Below are positions 59,918 through 64,000 of a stretch of 64,000 nt of DNA, piece after piece; position 1 is the first letter of the stretch; each line of letters opens with the position of its first letter. Location: the NCBI GenBank assembly GCA_903829945.1, contig CAIKRV010000059.1:5897-69896 (forward strand), given 5' to 3'. The position numbers and the translations under genes are program-made. The notes beneath the pieces were generated by a model. The model saw only the letters and a list, made by a program, of their open reading frames with translations. It did no database searches and had not been told where the DNA came from. The stretch is from an uncultured bacterium. Its GTDB lineage: Bacteria; Bacteroidota; Bacteroidia; CAILMK01.

Positions 59918-60082
59918 GTACTTTTTTAATGATTTTTGGATAAAACTAATCAAAATCCATGCCTAAATACTAGCTTTTGAGTAAAAACTTATTAAAATGA
60001 TCAAATGAAGTCAATACATCACAATTGAATTTCTGTGCTTAGTCAAACATTTAAGCATAAAATATATTATGCCTAAATGAGC

Positions 60083-61012
60083 CTATGATTTAAAGTCTTC
60101 AATCCAACCAAATCTTTCATTTATAATATTGATTTTTTCCTTTTCCAAGTAAGTCAGAAAGCTTTCTGCCACCCTGCTAAATTTTTTATTTTTAAGCCAA
60201 ATCAGTTGCCAAGTCGATTTAATAGGGAATCCCTTCACAGATATAATTTGTAACTCTCGATTGTTTAATTCATTTTTTATACCAATTATTGGCATAATGG
60301 AACAGCCTATCCCTGCTATAACTGCTTGTTTTACAGCTTCATTTGTAGCTAGTTCCATCTTTTTCCTAACGGGAATCTGATGCTCATTAAAGTATTTTTC
60401 CATCACAAATCTGGTCCCGGAACCGCTTTCCCGATATATCATCGGCAATTCCTTCAAAATTTCACTGTCGTATATTTTATTTCGAAATTTTCTTTCTGTA
60501 TTGGTAACTACATAAAGTTTATTTGTCATCAATTCCAAGGATGAAACTTGCAGATGATCCGGCAAGACCGTAACCAATGAAAAATCTACTTCATTTCTCT
60601 CCAAGCTTTCTAATACCCTGCTTTTATTGGTGACATCCATTTGCAATTCCACACCAATATTATGCTTTAAAAAGTTCGTCAAAAAATAGGGCATAACATA
60701 CTTCCCGGTGGATACGACCGATATATTTAAACGTCCCGTCAGGAGCCCCTGATAGGCCATCGTTTTTTCCTTAATGGCATCCACCTCATTTAAAATCTTT
60801 TCGGCTGCTATGGCTACTTCTTTACCAAACTCTGTAATGTACCAGCGCCTGCCAACGATTTCTGAAAGGGGTACTTCAAACTGATCTTGAAAATTTTTTA
60901 ATTGAATGGAAACGGCGGGTTGGGTTAAATGTAATTGTTCGGCAGCTTTTGTAATACTTTGTAATTGAGATACTTTAAGAAATACTTGCAACTGATGTAA
61001 AGTATAGTTCAT
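60083..61012 (-). CDS. LysR-type regulator, CbbR/CmpR-like
   Basis: TLHQLQVF...SITKAAEQLHLTQPAVSIQLK HTH; VVSTGKYVMP, RESGSGTR, NEAVKQAVIAG, as in the CbbR subfamily. Confidence 0.9.
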   Translation of the reverse strand: MNYTLHQLQVFLKVSQLQSITKAAEQLHLTQPAVSIQLKNFQDQFEVPLSEIVGRRWYITEFGKEVAIAAEKILNEVDAIKEKTMAYQGLLTGRLNISVVSTGKYVMPYFLTNFLKHNIGVELQMDVTNKSRVLESLERNEVDFSLVTVLPDHLQVSSLELMTNKLYVVTNTERKFRNKIYDSEILKELPMIYRESGSGTRFVMEKYFNEHQIPVRKKMELATNEAVKQAVIAGIGCSIMPIIGIKNELNNRELQIISVKGFPIKSTWQLIWLKNKKFSRVAESFLTYLEKEKINIINERFGWIEDFKS

Positions 61013-61036
61013 AAATTTTATTTATGTTAATCATTG

Positions 61037-61044
61037 CAAATATA
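61037..61044 (-). promoter_or_regulatory. -7 element (TATATTTG) for the LysR gene
   Basis: Exact match 24 nt upstream of ATG 61012. Confidence 0.55.
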
Positions 61045-61104
61045 AATAAAATAATATGATAAAAGAATTGGAGATTTGCCCCATCAATAAAAAAAAGAGC
61101 GCTT

Positions 61105-61389
61105 ATGAAAGAAAAAGACAAATTCAAATTAATTGATGGCGTATTTAAAAAAGAGGAGGCCCAAACCATTTTAGGAAGCCTGTTTGACTACAAAATAAAT
61201 TTTCATAACAAGGAAATTTTAAGTACTCAGGAAAGAAATGGCAGTCCGCATCCGCATTCGGAAAGCAGGATACAAGAACTAAAAATGTCTAAAGAAAATC
61301 TGAAACAATTTCTCGCCAAACTGGAAGAAGACACCCAACTTAAAATTGAAAGTAACATCGAAATAAAAATAATTAAAACAAAACCATGA
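61105..61389 (+). CDS. Small soluble hypothetical protein (94 aa)
   Basis: FKLIDGVF..EEAQ.IL...KINFH..HSESRIQEL; ATGA overlap with sbtA. Confidence 0.7.
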   Translation: MKEKDKFKLIDGVFKKEEAQTILGSLFDYKINFHNKEILSTQERNGSPHPHSESRIQELKMSKENLKQFLAKLEEDTQLKIESNIEIKIIKTKP

Positions 61390-62351
61390 ACATTGATTTT
61401 TTACTCAACAATATTTCCAACCCGGCATTTTTATTTTTTATCTTAGGCATACTTGCCGTAAAAATTAAAAGTGATTTATATATTCCGGAAAATTCATCCA
61501 AATTCATATCTATTTATTTACTTTTATCCATAGGATTTAAAGGTGGACAAGAATTATCCCATGAAAACTTTTCTCCGGAAATCATTTGGTCAGCCATAGC
61601 CGGCATAGCGATAGCCGTCTTAATTCCTATTTATACTTTTTTTATTCTTAAACGAAAATTTGATACCCAAGATGCGGGTGCCATAGCTGCTTCCTACGGA
61701 TCAGTGAGTGCGGTTACATTTGTTACTGCTTGCGCATATTTAGAAACGCAAGGCTTAAAACCGAGCGGTCATATGGTAGCCATCATGGCACTCATGGAAT
61801 CACCTGCCATCATAGTGGGATTATTATTAATTAATTTTTTTAATAATCAATCACATGAAAAAAAGCCCATGCGCGAAGTTTTAATTCATTCCTTAACCAA
61901 TGGAAGTATTATATTAATATTTGGAAGTCTAATAATTGGATACTTTGCCAATGAAAGAGATGCCTTGGGAATTAAGCCGTTTACCAATGATATTTTTAAG
62001 GGATTCCTTGCAGTATTTTTATTGGACATGGGCATCACTTGCGGTAAAAGGTTAAATTCAACTTTAAAAAACGGGTGGTTCCCCTTGGCGTTTGGAATTT
62101 TAATTCCACTTATTAATGGTTGCATCATCTCTTTGTTGAGTGCATTAATTACGACAAATACTTCCAACCGATTTATTTTTGCTATACTGGCGGCCAGTGC
62201 ATCTTATATAGCTGTACCGGCGGCCATGAAAATTGCTAATACCAAAGCCAATCCCGGACTATATCTAAGCATGGCATTAGCAATTACCTTCCCTTTAAAT
62301 ATTACCTTGGGAATGCCTATTTATTATGACTTATCACACTTTAATTGGTAA
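61386..62351 (+). CDS. sbtA: SbtA-family sodium-dependent bicarbonate transporter (DUF897)
   Basis: KSDLYIP..SKFISIYLLLSIGFKGG, AIAASYGSVSAVTF, MALMESPAI, ASASYIAVPAAM, ITFPLNI..GMP.YY. Confidence 0.9.
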   Translation: MNIDFLLNNISNPAFLFFILGILAVKIKSDLYIPENSSKFISIYLLLSIGFKGGQELSHENFSPEIIWSAIAGIAIAVLIPIYTFFILKRKFDTQDAGAIAASYGSVSAVTFVTACAYLETQGLKPSGHMVAIMALMESPAIIVGLLLINFFNNQSHEKKPMREVLIHSLTNGSIILIFGSLIIGYFANERDALGIKPFTNDIFKGFLAVFLLDMGITCGKRLNSTLKNGWFPLAFGILIPLINGCIISLLSALITTNTSNRFIFAILAASASYIAVPAAMKIANTKANPGLYLSMALAITFPLNITLGMPIYYDLSHFNW

Positions 62352-62374
62352 TCAACTAAACATATAAATAAAAA

Positions 62375-63823
62375 ATGAAAAAAATTGCAGTAGCTAAGGG
62401 AGATGGCATCGGCCCTGAAATCATGGATGCCGTGCTTGAAATTATGCATCATGCCGGCGCGCAACTCGAAGTGCAAATGGTAAACATGGGAAAACAGTGG
62501 TATGAAAAAGGGTTCTCCAGCGGCATGACACCGGAAAGCAAAGAAATGGTAGAATCTTACGGTATCCTCTTTAAAGGTCCTATGGAAACGCCTAAAGGCG
62601 GCGGAATGAAAAGTATAAATGTTACCGCACGCAAAGTTTGGAGTACCTATGCCAATAAACGTATATTTAAAAGTTTACCCGGTGTTAAAACTATTTTTTC
62701 TGAAGCAGGTATTCCTATAGATATTACAATTGTAAGAGAAAATATTGAGGACACTTACGGAGGAATTGAACATATGCTCACGCATGATGTTGCTTTATGC
62801 AGGCGATTTATTACCAGACCGGGTTCCATGCAAGTTCACCGATATACATTTGAAATGGCGAGAAAAAAGAATGCTAAAAAAGTTACTTGCGGTCATAAAG
62901 CCAATATTATGAAAATAACAGACGGTTTATTTTTAGAATGTTTTTATGAAGTTGCCAAAGAGTATCCGGAAATAAAAGCTGATGATGTCATCGTTGATGA
63001 TTTAGCCATGAAACTGGTAGTGAAACCCAATGAATTTGACATTATAGTATTGCCAAATTTGCAAGGCGATATAATATCCGATTTATGTGCAGGATTAGTA
63101 GGTGGCTTAGGATTTGCTCCTTCTGCCAATATAGGAGATCAAATTTCCATTTTTGAAGCGGTACACGGAACGGCTCCGGATATTACGGGACAAAACAAAG
63201 CCAATCCTACCTCCTTATTATTGAGCGGAGCCATGCTATTACGACATATTGGTCAAAATGCCGCAGCGGAAAATATAGAAAATGCTTTAATTAAAACTTT
63301 GCAAGACGGTATCCATACACCGGATTTAAATAAAAATGAAGGCCTGGTAGTCGGCACAAAAGAATTTGCAGCAGCAATAATACAACGATTATCGGATTCA
63401 AAACCATATGCAAACAATGAAACCCATAGTATTCCTTCCCATGCCAAACCTACGGAAAATTTAATGATGGAAACTAAGTTTAATGGTACTGCTGAAATCG
63501 TAGGCGTAGATTTATTTATCGAATCCAATAAAATACCTGTACAGGTAGGACAAATATTAGAAGATGCAATAGATCATCAACTATGGAAACTGGTAACCAT
63601 TAGCAATCGTGGTACCCAAGTGTACCCCACAGGTTCCATATATACGGAATGCATCAATCAATATAGGGTACGTATTGAATGTGCAACAAAGCATGGCACA
63701 TGCAGTCAAAATGAAATACTGGAATTGGTAACAAAACTCAGCCCTTTATTTAAACTATGCTCTATAGAAATGCTGATGTCCTATAATGGAAAGAAAGCTT
63801 ATTCCTTAGCACAAGGTCAATAA
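62375..63823 (+). CDS. icd: Isocitrate dehydrogenase (long form), copy 2
   Basis: Same motifs as copy 1: GDGIGPEI, KSINVTARK, RENIEDTY, HKANIMK, NLQGDIISD, FEAVHGTAPDITG, ISNRG, YSLAQGQ. Confidence 0.9.
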   Translation: MKKIAVAKGDGIGPEIMDAVLEIMHHAGAQLEVQMVNMGKQWYEKGFSSGMTPESKEMVESYGILFKGPMETPKGGGMKSINVTARKVWSTYANKRIFKSLPGVKTIFSEAGIPIDITIVRENIEDTYGGIEHMLTHDVALCRRFITRPGSMQVHRYTFEMARKKNAKKVTCGHKANIMKITDGLFLECFYEVAKEYPEIKADDVIVDDLAMKLVVKPNEFDIIVLPNLQGDIISDLCAGLVGGLGFAPSANIGDQISIFEAVHGTAPDITGQNKANPTSLLLSGAMLLRHIGQNAAAENIENALIKTLQDGIHTPDLNKNEGLVVGTKEFAAAIIQRLSDSKPYANNETHSIPSHAKPTENLMMETKFNGTAEIVGVDLFIESNKIPVQVGQILEDAIDHQLWKLVTISNRGTQVYPTGSIYTECINQYRVRIECATKHGTCSQNEILELVTKLSPLFKLCSIEMLMSYNGKKAYSLAQGQ

Positions 63824-63836
63824 ATAAATATTTTCT

Positions 63837-63998
63837 TTAGATATGCTTTGGAATAAGATGCTTTGTAAAGTATTCTTTAATAAAATGCTGTTGTTGTACT
63901 TCAGTCATTTTATCAGCCGGTTTAACTTCAATATTAATCTTAGAAAAAAGATGATCATCCTTCAAAAGATTATACAATTCATGCTTAGCATCGGTAGG
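63837..63998 (-). CDS. 3' end of an unidentified CDS entering from beyond the window
   Basis: Open frame of 53 codons (..PTDAKHELYNLLKDDHLFSKINIE..KHLIPKHI*) ending TAA at 63837, convergent with icd copy 2. Confidence 0.45.
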   Translation of the reverse strand, partial: PTDAKHELYNLLKDDHLFSKINIEVKPADKMTEVQQQHFIKEYFTKHLIPKHI

Positions 63999-64000
63999 AC

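Noticed and set aside
63837-63998. Resemblance of QQHFIKEYFTKHLIP to a polyphosphate kinase 1 segment
   Set aside because: Too short, and it ends in a stop where Ppk1 would continue for hundreds of residues; cannot be supported.
1-64000. CRISPR arrays, tRNA/rRNA genes, IS elements or prophage genes
   Set aside because: No regularly spaced repeats, tRNA-like T-arm/CCA structures, transposase/integrase motifs or phage genes were seen by eye.

Overview
AT-rich Bacteroidota chromosome segment. The assignment rests on TAnnTTTG -7 promoters, a short RpoD-type sigma factor, T9SS type-B CTD, DUF3098, TamL-like and DUF5777 genes. About 1-46.7 kb is mostly housekeeping: a PAS histidine kinase missed by the ORF track, a sigma54 response regulator, kynU, ribF-truB, ftsX, icd, suhB, rnhB, rpoD, pheS, parE, prfA, lpxH, ftsH, rsfS, a three-gene pnt transhydrogenase and a TMTC-like TPR protein. 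About 46.7-64 kb is an accessory block with three parts. (1) A seven-gene redox operon: TAT-type 4x[4Fe-4S] protein, NrfD/ActC-like membrane subunit, membrane-anchored hypothetical protein, two lipoproteins with non-canonical CX3CH and CX4CH heme motifs, a DUF5777 beta-barrel and a CX2CH cytochrome c, preceded by tandem TGA-N6-TCA boxes. (2) A CzcCBA-like RND efflux operon with a small leader ORF. (3) A CbbR/CmpR-like LysR gene divergent from a small ORF-sbtA-second isocitrate dehydrogenase operon. Best novelty candidates are the redox operon (possible quinone-to-outer-membrane electron conduit), the LysR/SbtA/IDH inorganic-carbon module, and an unannotated 22-codon His/Cys leader-peptide attenuator controlling a DUF2721 gene. 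I saw no tRNA, rRNA, CRISPR array or transposase. All family calls come from motif recognition by eye, not database searches.
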